Shown here: positions 13,380 through 25,254 of the stretch, one piece after another | Numbering within the stretch: the stretch's first letter is position 1 | Layout: each line of letters begins with the position of its first letter | Origin: Girardia tigrina | Taxonomy: Eukaryota | DNA: 64,000 nucleotides | Assembly (NCBI GenBank): GCA_001938485.1 | Contig: MQRK01168403.1 | Location: 7,199-71,198 of the forward strand | Direction of reading: 5' to 3' | Translations under genes and position numbers: made by a program | The notes under the pieces: model-generated | What the model saw: only the letters and a program-made list of their open reading frames with translations | What the model was told of the DNA's origin: nothing | The model's database searches: none

Positions 13380-13860
13380 AATTGCATAACGAAATTAATA
13401 TCGGCTATTTGTCAGAAATATACATCACAATAATCATGAAACAATACCGATACCTCTATTAATGCCAGAAAAGATTTTTTTACCCAAAATATAATTAAAA
13501 TAAGATAACTCCTTGAATTCATAATGGTAAACTGAACCTCTAACATCAAAATCTTAGGTAGTGAAATTGATGCTCTTCATAAGCGACTATTCAAAAAGGG
13601 ATTTTATAGGAAGTATATAAATGAAATCTATGATTTCAGAATTAAAAGGTTAATAGAATATCAGCTGGAGTTAAAACAATTTTATTTACTAATGAATGCG
13701 GAAATTATTTTTTTAATAAATCAAGTACTACATTGAATATAACTTTCTATTTGATTTCGATACGAATGACAGTCTTCAAATAAGAGATATTTCTTAAAAA
13801 AGGGTCCCACAAGGCTGTAGATCCTCAACGCTGGTTTCATTGCAAAAATTTTATTATTTC
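13380..13860 (+). pseudogene. Possible decayed Penelope/TERT-like reverse transcriptase fragment
   Basis: KILGSEIDAL (motif A-like) followed by a frameshift-dependent GVPQGCRSS (motif B'-like); many stops. Confidence 0.35.
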
Positions 13861-15019
13861 AAGTATCAAAAGAAGTTTGTCAATGACTTGCTGAAGGCAT
13901 GAGATGTTTGTCAAGACATGAACAAATTCAACTAGAGCGGAGGATGTACACCAAGAGCTTCAATAAAATAATGAACGAGAAATAGATCTTAAGGATTAAT
14001 TTCCCCTTTCACCAGAATTCTGGAAAGTTGACCGGAATAGTCGAACAAAGGTCATTTGTATTTAAACAGGATTCAACCAGAAAACTAAAACAGCAATAAA
14101 GTGTATCAACTTTAACCGTCTTGACTATTGCAACTGAATTAAGTTGCCTTTAACACATGGCCTACAGCCCGAATGACTTTCTGGAGACACATATCACCAA
14201 TACCATGGCCAACCTCGACTAGAAGGTTATCGCCAACACCTGCTTCACCTTTATTTATGCATTAACTTCTTCTTAAAATTTCATTTATAATTTCGATTTA
14301 ACCCGGCCTATATTATAGATATTTAATTATCTAATTTCCTAAAAATCGTATAAGATCTCATTGTTAAAGAAGTCAATAAAATGTTAAAAGATAGAATTTT
14401 AAAAAATCGTTTAAAATATTTCTTTTCATTTCTGAGATATTCTAAATTCTAAAAAGATATTTATGAATTTTAATATTAGATATTAACCACTTTAGAATAG
14501 AGAATCCCTATGAAATCAGTTCTCTCTTTCTACTTACTTTTATCTTGTAAAAAGATCAAACAAAATTTAATTTCTTGTCGGAGAATGTCTTTATCTAACA
14601 AACTATTGTAATTCGAAAAATCCGTCTATTACTTAAAAAATACTAATTACTGTTTTAAGAAAAACGGAAAAGTTCCCATCATAAGAGTCAGGATAGTCAT
14701 GAATTGCCTAGAAACAAATGTTATGCACCGATCTTAATACTCTTCCTTTGGTTGAGCTCTATCATATCAGTCGTATGTAAAGGAAAGATTATTAATAATA
14801 AACTCTGATCATTTCCCGACAAGGATAATTGCATTTAAATGTTAATATAATTCATTAGTATTATTATCTTCTTATTCCTAATTTTTGTGATCGAATAAAG
14901 TTTTTTGTAAAAATTCATTTATTTATAAAATAATAAATATTATAACAGAAAGAAATTATTGAAAAAATTCAAAAACTTAAAATAATTTATTAAATTTTAA
15001 AATTGTCTAGATCATGTAA

Positions 15020-15435
15020 GATAGGGAGTTGGTGCAGTGAACCTCTCATCCTATAAAGATATTAAGCTTGAGGCTTTTTAAGAGGTCTGAGACGCTTATG
15101 GCTTCAAAAGGCATTCCCCCAATTTTGGGATCCATGCCTAAGCTCAATCGGCGAACCGGCTTCACAACACCCCTCACCAGGTTTAGAAACCCTGGATAAT
15201 TGCGATGCAATCGACCACACAACTGCAGGATCACGACTCCGTATAGCCTGACACTCAGGTTTATGCAGCTAGGCCTTCAATAAACTGGACTACTAGCTCT
15301 GTAACGATGCATGACTGCTGCCGACCATTCAAACAGCAGATGGCTCAGCTTTGGATGCTTTAGTCTAAAGAGAACTCTAGTTTCCCGCACGGAGGTACAT
15401 CCCATCTGACTTTGCACTCAGAGATCCCTGAGTTT
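15020..15435 (+). repeat. Dispersed non-coding repeat (possible LINE 5' UTR or SINE), copy 1
   Basis: Aligns with the reverse complement of 16760-17140, e.g. CAATCGACCAC and TGACACTCAG. Confidence 0.7.
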
Positions 15436-15439
15436 GTGC

Positions 15440-16560
15440 ATCGTTTTAAATCTATCTGGCAGTTACTGGATAGCCTCAAGGAAGAAATCCTTCGTCAAGC
15501 TAAACAATAACTTCGGCTTCGCTTTCATTTTTTACCTGGTAAATGGTGCTTGAGGGGTGAAAACATGTCCGACGGTGCCAAATCGGATGAGTAGGGTTGA
15601 TACGACACCACTGTGAATCGCAGGTTAGCTAGCATTTCTTTGGATATGGTGGCAGTGTGAGGATTTGCGTTGTTTTGTTGTAAATGGACGTTATGATATC
15701 CTGTGCTGATGAGACGACGACGCTTATGTTGTATGGCAATCACCAGATTTTCCAACTGTTCATCGTAGTGAGCAGCATTGATAGTTCGATTTATGGGCAA
15801 AACATCCATAAAAAGTAGTCCTTTGGCATCCAAAAATATTGTTGCTAAGTGCTTATAAATTTTTTATCTGCTGCAGTTCTCCATGATTTATTGTTGAAAG
15901 TGGCAATATTTCCCAGTAGACCCAAATTTCATCTAATGTTAATATCTTGTTAAAGAAGTTATTCTTTAACAACATTTTCAGCAGTTGATAGCAAATTTCC
16001 ACTCGACGTTGTTTTTTCCAATCAATTTTTTTTAATTGATGTGGGATCCACATATTTTCCAAATACCGTTTGCCCATTTCTTGTAGGCACCGCCACACTG
16101 TCTGGTGACACTCACCAATTTCTTCTGCGATCACTCCAGTTGTTGCCCCTTTATTCATGATCAGTTTTTCTTCAATTCTGTCTTCTAGACTCTTCGAAGG
16201 GCGTCCAGATTGTGGAGCAACTTCAAATTCACAGTCACGTTATTATTTATTATGCATACTTCTACATCTAAATGTGGAATATTGTGCTGTTGATGAAATT
16301 CTATTTGGAATCAATTTAAATGTTTTGTTCTGATTTTAAAGAAAAATTTTAATCAACAGACAACAATTTATCAATATGCACGATTCTGNAATGTATTTGA
16401 AATGTTTTGAAATGTACCACCCATTCACATTGCTCAAGGAAACAAAATCCGATGCATAAGTGGTAAACAGCTCTTTCGTAGCTTCAGTTTGGGAAAGGCA
16501 TCGATAGAAGCAGTATTTGATGTTTTTTCGCACATCTTTTCGTTCCATCACCATTGTTCT
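15440..16560 (-). mobile_element. Decayed mariner transposase
   Basis: N-terminal HTH, SGRP, WIPHQL, TLDEIW, QPYSSDLAPSD; interrupted by ~160 bp near 16240-16400. Confidence 0.9.
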
Positions 16561-16759
16561 GCAAAATAATGAAAAATAATGTAAAATTATTAAAACAAAA
16601 AACTGAATTCAAAATTAATCGATAAATATTTAAGCAATGAAATCAGGAAAAATAAAACTGAATTAACCAAAAAATTGAGAATCATCAAGGAATGCATTTT
16701 TTTAAAATTATTAAAATCACACAAACCATAGAAAAGTTACAGTACATTAAGGTTAGCAA

Positions 16760-17140
16760 GGATCAATTGTGCAAGCCAGGCAGACATACTTCCATGTAGT
16801 GTCTCTGGGAAACTAGAATTTGTTCGACTCCGTCTCAAGGCTTAAGTGTCTGATAAATTGGCCGATATCTGTGCCGACAGATTATTGTAGTACCAGTAAG
16901 TTTGCCATCCACTTACAAGGTTGTACCTTCTTAATCTGAGTGTCATGGCTGTGGGGAGTAGTGACCATGCAGTCGAGTGGTCGATTGTATTGCAATGATT
17001 CAAGATTTCTAATCTTGATGAGAGGTGTTGCAAAACCGGTTCTCCGATGGAGTTTAAGCATGTCAATCCCTGCATGGAGGGAGTGCTTTTGGAAGCCACA
17101 ATTGTCTCAGGCTTCCTAAAAGCCCTCGAACTTAATACTT
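16760..17140 (-). repeat. Dispersed non-coding repeat, copy 2 (inverted relative to copy 1)
   Basis: Homologous to 15060-15430. Confidence 0.7.
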
Positions 17141-17562
17141 TTATATGATGTGAGGATCACATTGCATTAAAAATGGGTCAAAAACTTTGTTATAACACTA
17201 TAATTTATTAATATCGATGTAATCTGTGTGATACTATATACATATGAGAGATTTGTCGTCATACTGTAAACGGAATCAGTAACATAATCAAAGTGGAAGT
17301 AATAGTAATATTGGTCAACATAGAAGGGATTATTTTAATAGTAAAGTTGTTTTAAGTAATTTGGCAATTTTGTGTTTACAATGCAATAATAACTGGAAGA
17401 GGGTGATGTATGAAGCATTGCTGATTAAATTCTTTGATCATAAAATCAATGTTTAAACACCATCTTCTGAAACTTTACTAATTAAATACAAAAATAAAAA
17501 AATAAATATAATAATTAATTGATCAATATTAAAATAATTAATGTTTAACAATAAATTAAAAT

Positions 17563-18037
17563 TATAAGCAACATCACAATTTGAGTGTGAACATTTATAA
17601 ACAACACAAACAGATTCTTTACAAACATTATCAGTGTGCATCTTTCTTTGATTGATATGGTTTTTGTTTATGTATTTCAATCTAAAAATTATTTAATGGG
17701 ACAATTTTAATATTAACTTTTAATTTCTCAAAATTTTATTGTATAAAAATTCAATAAGTAATTTTTAAAATAAACATTAGTTTTTTTTAAAATATATTAA
17801 GTTTAATAAGTTAAAATCGTTTACTAAAAATATTATTAAAACTTATAATTATAAAAATTTTAATTAATTTAAAATTTATTTAAAATTTATTGAGTATTTA
17901 AAATTTATCTCATTAAATTAATTTCATTAGATTCAAATAATTAATCAATAACATATCAATCCAATATAAGTATGAGAGTCACAAATCTAAACAGCATACA
18001 AACAACAAACTTGCACCATTCCGAATTTTCTCTCATA
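17563..18037 (-). mobile_element. Solo gypsy LTR (family B) with 5-bp TSD
   Basis: Homologous to 32315-32765 and 56881-57217; flanked by AAAAT on both sides. Confidence 0.88.
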
Positions 18038-18069
18038 AAAATAATTAATAAAAACTAATTATGAAATTA

Positions 18070-21000
18070 CTCATTGTCATTACGATATCATCTTTCAGTA
18101 ACCATTTCTTTGTTTTCCCCGTTCTGATATATGATCTAATCTGTTTTATCTCGTCATTATCTTTCTGCCATTTGAATCCCTTGGAATCCTCGTCTAAAGC
18201 TAGGATTCTTGTTTTGACTTTACCTTTCTTAGCTTCCTCGTGCATAGTTTGACATTGTACACACATTTCGCCAGAATTTCTCGACATTGTATCGGCGTTA
18301 GAGTGTTTTGCACTTTTCCGGCACTCTATTTTCAAATCCAACCCACTTAGAAAATTTATCAAAATTTGAATTTACGGAGTGATTGGGTTCTTTATTGTCA
18401 TCATGAAGTTGATAGCGGAGCAGGCGCAGCGGTTTCGTGGCTGTGGCATGCTGGCGTTGGGAGGCGGAATTCGGGTCGAGGGAAATAAGATATTACTTTC
18501 TCACTCGTTACATGAAAATCGTCGTCTTTTTGATCAATTTCGAATCAAACCGGGAACGAACGGCAAATGGATCTAATAGTTGCACTTGGTCGATTTGTCG
18601 ACTTGTTCTTCTACTTCGACGTCTTTGAGACAAGTGTCGAGTAAAATAGTAGATTGCCAGTAGTTCTTTTCTCGTAATACAGTATCCCAATTCATGTTTG
18701 TTCATTTTTTGGTATCCATATGCAATCACTCTTTCTCTTCGATATATATCTTTCTGTGATAGTACCGCGATAATGGTGTCACATAGTCCTTCCAATACAT
18801 TTGAATACTTTGAATAGTCTTTTAAGAATTTCCTGTAATAATTCGTTAAACCTAAAAAGCTTCTCAAATGTTTTACACAGGAAGGATTATGAAACTGGTT
18901 AATCGCATCGATCTTTATGTGATCTATCTCTATTCCATCTTTGCTGATCACATATCCCGTAAACTTTGTCTTTTCGACCAAGAAGTGACATTTGTCTGGA
19001 TTAATTCTCAGACCCGATTGCTTTAATTTACTAAATACGTGTTCAATTCGTTTGAGGTGTTCTTTCTTGTCTTTTGCGAAAACTAATATATCGTCTAAAT
19101 ACACAACTGCCTCTTTCCAGTTTAATTAAGCCAAAACTTTTACCATCAGTTCTTGAAATGTTGCAGGTGCCGCTGCAATTCCAAATGGCATTCTCTTGAA
19201 ACAGTATTGGCCATATTTTGTTGAAAATGCTGTTTTGACTTTTGATTTATTTTCAAGTTCCACTTGATGGTATGCGTTTCCTAAATCGATTGTGTTAAAA
19301 TGCTATGCTCCATTTAGCGTAATCAGCATTTCCTCAACATTTGGCATTGGGAATTCAGGTCTAACGGTCATTTTTTTCAATTGCCTCAAATATTCACACA
19401 CTCGAATGTCCTGTTTCTCATTTTTCCAAACACAAACTAAACGGAAATTCCAAGGGGAACTTTACTATTCTATAATATCGTTTTCTTCCTAATTTCGAAT
19501 AATATCGTTCAGTTTTTCCTGGACATGTTTTGGTTGTCGATAAGGTTTCACCCAAACTGGTTATCCATGTGTTTCGATCTTGTGTTTCGTCAGTGATGTG
19601 CTTCCAGAATCCCATTTGTAAGCCAAAATATTGATTTAAATTCTGATAAAAGTTTCATTAGTTGATTGTCAATTATGTTTTCAAATAGCTCTTTTATTCT
19701 CCTCAGTCTATCCTCGTCTGATAGATTGTCTAGTATTACCAGTAATTCATTAGAATTTGATGATCCTCTCTTTAATCTTGAATTTGTCCAAGAAATCTAT
19801 TCTTGCAATCATTTCTGGATCTAAGTCTTTGACCTCAAAGAACTGTTTTTTGCATTCTTTCAATTATCACTTTAAGTTGGACAATAATATAGTTTATAAG
19901 TTCTGAGTCATTCACCAATGCGTACGTCTTTTAGTTTCTTTGATCCTGACATCTTTCATATCTTTAATTATCTCTGCTTTAATAACGTTGACTCGAGCTC
20001 CTGTATCTAACAGGCATTTGACATTTTTATTCTTTATTCGGAACTCTATATTTGGTCGTCCATTCAACTCTTTATAATTTATGTTAAACTTCGGTAATAT
20101 CAATACATCTTCAGAATTCTTTTTTATCTCTTTCTCATTTTCTATATCCATAGTAGCACATATTTTCAAACACATTATCAAACATACAATCACAAACACA
20201 TTCATACATACAATCAATCATACACCTACATTGAGTTTCTATTGAAGCACACTGATCACTTCTCCCTGTGATCGTGCGTCCTCGTTTCCCCGATCATCTC
20301 TGCATTTTCTGTTACCTCGGGGATAGTCCAGTCTTTTTCCATCTTCTCTTCAGGATAGTCCCCTTTTCTAGAGTCTTCTCTTATGCACAATTCGTCATCT
20401 AGTTCGTCCAGTTCTGCTACTGGGTATTTCCTATTTGTGTATGTTAGCCGTTCTCTATACCGTTGATTTGAGTAATTTTGCCTTATGTTCGATCGATTTC
20501 TTTATTATCCCTTTTCTCTTTATTATCACGCTCTCTAAACCTATTAGAGTTTTCATAACACTGTGTTCTTAAATGCCCTTTTCTATTACAATGACTACAC
20601 TTCCCATTTGGGAACTCTCTTCTAACATGCTATTCTTCGTGACATGTCTAACAGATAATTTTTCGCACTTTATAATTTCTTCTTGTTTCTTGTTAAAGTG
20701 TTCAATGTGTAATAGATTTATTACTGAAAATATTTTGAATTTTATGAGATCGGGATATAATTTTTAAATTTAATTCATTGTTAGTTGCTTTTAACAACGC
20801 ATTTTTAAAGTTTTAAATCCTTCCGAATTAGGTACAGTTAAGCAATATTTATGCATATTATTAATATTATTCTGTGGTCTTGGTGTTCTTTTTTTATTTT
20901 CCAATGTTCTCCATTTATTTTCTCTTTTTGTGTTATATGCCGTTTCTTTTCTTTTTATCATATTTGAACATTCTCGTTTGAATGTCTTCAATCTCTTCCG

Positions 21001-21976
21001 ATTTCGTGACACATCTGACGGCTATTTCTTTCTGCACGTTTTCATCATCTATCAGATTATCGTAGACCAAATTTGATAGTTCTGTTTTATCCAAACTTTT
21101 CTCCACTAACTTTTCAATAATTTCATCAGCCTTTCTAAATGTTACTGTTGGATCGCTCGATCCAGTTCTCATTTCAACCAGCTCCTTCATTAGATCCAGG
21201 ATTGATTTTTCCTTTGAAAAGGCGGATCTTAGTTTCTCTCCATATGTTTCACCTGCCGCTGATTCCTATTTTATTATGACATCCGGAGTCATATATGGTG
21301 TTGCTAATAAGATTTTCTCTCCTCTGAAAATCCCATTATTTTCGCATACCTGTTAAAACTCATTATGAATGCCTTAAATTTTGTCTCGGATCCATCAAAT
21401 ATCTCCAGACCTCTAATGTTCGGAATTACGTGGTCATGTGTCGCCATATTAAGAACACCAATATGAGTTTTGGAACATTTATTTTCAATATAATTTGAAT
21501 TGTCTTTTGGACAACTCTTAACCAAGCTTTCAGAATTTGACATCGTTCTAAATTGATAAATTTTTGTTAATGTTTTTTAATAAACAACTATTCGAACAAA
21601 TTTTCATTATTTTCAGATTTTATTTTTAAAGTTCAAATTTTGTAATTTTAGTAATAATTTTATTTACATATTAATTTTATTTAAAAATGATTTATTTAAA
21701 GAAAAAACTTTTATTTAATTAATTTAAAAATTAGTTAAAAGTTATTTACTTTATTTAAATTTTTAATATTAAAATTTTAAACGATTTAATATTTTTAAAG
21801 TTTTTAAAATATGCTGTAATTTAAAATACAAATTATGCTCGAATAATTATTCGTCGTAAATATCCAAAATATCAATTTTCCATCTAGGTGGGAGAAACAC
21901 ATTTCCAAATACTAAACTCAACATACGAAATTCATTATACCACCTTCAACATAACAAATTTAAAATGTTCCTCACA
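18070..21976 (-). mobile_element. Decayed Ty3/gypsy retrotransposon: 5' LTR (21447-21976), PBS, gag, PR, RT, RNase H; integrase core missing
   Basis: LTR TGTGAGGAAC...GTTCTTAATA then TGGCGAC; protease LLDTGA (19912-20217); RT YLDD (18508-19104); RNase H YCITRKELLAI; frameshifts. Confidence 0.93.
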
Positions 21977-22426
21977 GAACTTATTTTGATTTACCACAAT
22001 TTCTCTCATTTAACTGTCAATAAACGAAACGACTCATCGAATTTTACTACCATTCGATCAAAGATCATTTTCAATTGGAGCAAGTATTATCGAAATGTTT
22101 TAATCGATCTTGTAAAATCGAAAATGTTGTATGGATAAAATATTAAATGTGAGACTGTGATTAAATAATATCATGTGATTTCTATGTTGAAATTTGTAAT
22201 GTACCAATCAAATGTGAGAGGAATTTTTATTGTGTGATTGCATGCATGTGTATTTATTCCCAATGTGAAATTTCGAAATTAGATTGGTGTAAGTGTGTGG
22301 ATTAGTTTGCTTGAAAATGAAAAAGTCACAATTTGAGATTTTAAAAAAATATAAATGTGTTCAAAAAATGTATAAAACGTATGGAACAATGTTCGTAAAA
22401 TTTAATAAAAAAAATGTAAAAAATTA

Positions 22427-22508
22427 CTCCCTCCGTCCGGAAATATGGTATACATTTTAGTATACATTTTTGTATACAAATGTAAACCATATTTCCGGAC
22501 GGAGGGAG
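22427..22508. mobile_element. 82-bp Stowaway-like MITE
   Basis: TA|CTCCCTCCGTCCGGAAATATGGT ... ACCATATTTCCGGACGGAGGGAG|TA; near-perfect hairpin with TA TSD. Confidence 0.93.
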
Positions 22509-22617
22509 TATAAGTTTGGAAATATCGGAGTGTTTATTATTGGAGTAATAATAAAAAAAATTGAATTCAAAAATTTATAAAAATCTTTTGTGTCGTTTTT
22601 TCCGATGATCGTCATTA

Positions 22618-22941
22618 ATGGACTTCTATAAAGAATTGCAGAAATTATTATCTGCAGAATCTGATAATAATCACTATTATAATTATCCCATTGACGTTCC
22701 GGCTGCCGGACCGAGTGGCAGCGACCAGAACCTCTTCATTGTGTCCGGAAAGATCGGCGTGTCGTCTCGACGGCAGGTATGTACTGATAGGGCCCAAAGA
22801 CCACCGGTTGACACGTCGACGAGTGTTGGTCCCGCGACCGATTCGTGGTGGTTCGCCGCCGGATTGCATATGACAGTACAGGAATCGGTCCAACCAGTTC
22901 GAGTTGCCGTTCAGTGGTACAATTTCGTAGGTCCCACATGA
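22618..22941 (+). CDS. Hypothetical 107-aa orphan ORF in a GC-rich island
   Basis: ATG-initiated ORF roughly coinciding with a sharp GC rise; no recognisable domain. Confidence 0.35.
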   Translation: MDFYKELQKLLSAESDNNHYYNYPIDVPAAGPSGSDQNLFIVSGKIGVSSRRQVCTDRAQRPPVDTSTSVGPATDSWWFAAGLHMTVQESVQPVRVAVQWYNFVGPT

Positions 22942-24041
22942 AGTTGTTGTTTGTTATTAATTAAAAATAACAAAATCGAAATAAAGATAAAACAACATTT
23001 ATTTGCAAATTTTTAAAACTGTACACTCGATTTTAACACCTTTACTTTAAAAAAAACGAAAATAAACATTGAAAGTTTTTCAATTTTTGATTTTTTTAAT
23101 AGTCGGTTTTTCTGTGCACTACACCCATGCAGTGCTTATTAACCAAATATGATTATATTATATTATTAACCAAGAACACTATAAAAATATTTTTAAAATA
23201 GATTTATTCAAAACTATTTTTTGTAATAGTTTAATTGTATTTTCTCTATTTGTCGGTTATTTTACTTTTGTCTCTTTTTTTCAAATAGTTGCATAAAGTG
23301 ATTTGATAACCCCTAAGCAAACAGTTGAAAGTGTCGTTTGAACATTCCATTTAGGATCTGAGATTTCATGTAAGATTCTCTCAATAATTTTGTCGAATTT
23401 TATTTTATTTTTTGTATATTCTATTTGTTTTCAAATACTTTATTTGTCGTAAATACATTTGTTTTTAAACATTGATGTTTAAACTTGTAAACCGTTGAAT
23501 AGATATAATAGAATTACAAAACGTTTCTATTTCAAAAGATTTTTTATACCAAAAATATTTTTAAAATATTTTTTTAAATATTTCTAATGTATAAATTCAT
23601 GTTATAAAATCTATTTTGTTTTATTATTTTTTTTACAGAAATTTATTACATTCTTTTTCATTTTACATTCATAAAAATGATACTTCTTGTATCAAATTGT
23701 TGTTCTTTTTCCCTAAATTTTTAGTTTCTGACACTTCTTTTTTATTTTATATAGTGTTTCTTTTGCTAAATAAAAATATAAAAATTAGAAAAATAAATGG
23801 AAAAATCATAATAATAAGTTTAAGGGTTCATTGGACCATGATTATTCTTTTGATTCGTTATATAAAATTTATATAAATTTTTATTTCATTAAATGCAATT
23901 AACATAAATATGTAATAAAAATTTTTATGAAAATTTTATTAATTATATATTGCTAAATAATCATTTAAATCATAATTTTTCTACAATTTGCTTTGAGGAA
24001 TCTCAACCAAGTTCCAAAATAAACATCTGAAAATACGTTTC

Positions 24042-25163
24042 TTAAATTCCTTGCTTTACTAATGTAATTTTTGTTCTAGTATTAACTTTATCTTCGTCTT
24101 CCTGATTTCTACACCCTTTAAAATTGGGTAAAAAGAAGCAAAATATTTGGGAAAAGGTCATTCTGAATTGCTTTGACATTGAGGTATACAGAAGGAAATT
24201 TGTGGCTTCGTTCACCAATGTCAGAAAATCTATAAAATCACCAATGTTTTTATAAATATTATTATAAAAACTGCTATTAGAATAGCTGGCAATTAAAATT
24301 ATTCCTTGAGGGGTTTCAATCATTAGGAACAGCAATACAACTGACATTAACATAAATGTTGTACGATTTTCAGTATTTCTACATCTTCGGTCCACCCGAC
24401 TTCCAATTAGCGCCTCTCTTCGGCGTCCAACGTTTTTCATTTCGACCACTAAAAGAATCGTGAGAATGCAAAGTAACAAAGACGGTACCATTTTATACAG
24501 AATCGCTTGTAACCAAAAGTTCAGGTTACTTAATTGAGCATATCTTTTATCTTCCGTTATTTGATACATACTTCGAATCGATGAAACCTTGAAAATGTCG
24601 TATTTTGTCTTGGATATACATAGTGAACTTTTGATAATCAGCATATTTGGTATTGCAACAATATTACAGAATAAGACAATGAAAAACAAACATTTGTTAG
24701 TAAACTGTTGATTTGCAAAGGAAGGTCCAAAGCTCGGAAATCTTATATGAATAAATCTCACTGTTGCTAACAAAACGGTAAGCCAAACTGCGACAGCGTG
24801 ACTTATCACAAGAAAACTAACAGCAAATACTTGATACTGAATCCATGAATAGTAAAATGTCACCATTTCTGAACCAGGTTGTTCCTTGAGAATGTAAAAT
24901 CGAATAAGACTCGGTATATAGACAGTCATTGTCAGTAAATCAGCGACTGCTAGCCACACTAAAATAAAATTTGTTGCAGAGCGCATTGCTGGTCTTGTTA
25001 GAACAATTATGTTAGCCATATTCGATAGAAAACCAAATACACAAACTCCAAGACTTAAATAACCATGAACGTTGGCGAACCTCGCTCCGAAATAATCGAA
25101 AGCATTTGTGGTATTAAGAGGACCCACAAGAGCACAAACGGACAAGTTTAATTCATCAATCAT
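24042..25163 (-). CDS. Intronless rhodopsin-family 7TM GPCR, myosuppressin/sex-peptide/FMRFamide receptor (srw)-like
   Basis: 373-aa intact ORF with seven hydrophobic segments; GFLSNMANIIVLTR, TNFILVWLAVADL, AVWLTVLLATVRF, ETPQG, NFLLYTSMSKQFR. Confidence 0.95.
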   Translation of the reverse strand: MIDELNLSVCALVGPLNTTNAFDYFGARFANVHGYLSLGVCVFGFLSNMANIIVLTRPAMRSATNFILVWLAVADLLTMTVYIPSLIRFYILKEQPGSEMVTFYYSWIQYQVFAVSFLVISHAVAVWLTVLLATVRFIHIRFPSFGPSFANQQFTNKCLFFIVLFCNIVAIPNMLIIKSSLCISKTKYDIFKVSSIRSMYQITEDKRYAQLSNLNFWLQAILYKMVPSLLLCILTILLVVEMKNVGRRREALIGSRVDRRCRNTENRTTFMLMSVVLLFLMIETPQGIILIASYSNSSFYNNIYKNIGDFIDFLTLVNEATNFLLYTSMSKQFRMTFSQIFCFFLPNFKGCRNQEDEDKVNTRTKITLVKQGI

Positions 25164-25241
25164 AACTGTCGAAATTTGAACAAATTTTTATTAAATTTTC
25201 AGTAAATTTTTATTTATGCTCCCAAACAAATTACAAGGCGA

Positions 25242-25254
25242 TTTGATTGGCTAA
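25242..25254 (-). promoter_or_regulatory. Candidate CCAAT (NF-Y) box upstream of the GPCR
   Basis: Minus strand TTAGCCAATCAAA about 80 bp upstream of the ATG. Confidence 0.5.

Larger units (their letters stand above)
22195..23123 (+). mobile_element. LTR-like unit containing a GC-rich ORF
   Basis: TGTAATGTAC ... GTGCACTACA (8/10 inverted, TG...CA); AATAAA after the ORF; no TSD found. Confidence 0.45.

Noticed and set aside
17563-21976. Complete gypsy provirus with two LTRs
   Set aside because: The two LTRs are from different families, and the left one has its own AAAAT TSD, so it is an independent solo LTR.
23616-23876. Hydrophobic Phe/Ile/Lys-rich short ORFs (also 31710, 38631, 61987, 62441)
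   Set aside because: Expected by chance from AT-rich low-complexity DNA; no domain signal.
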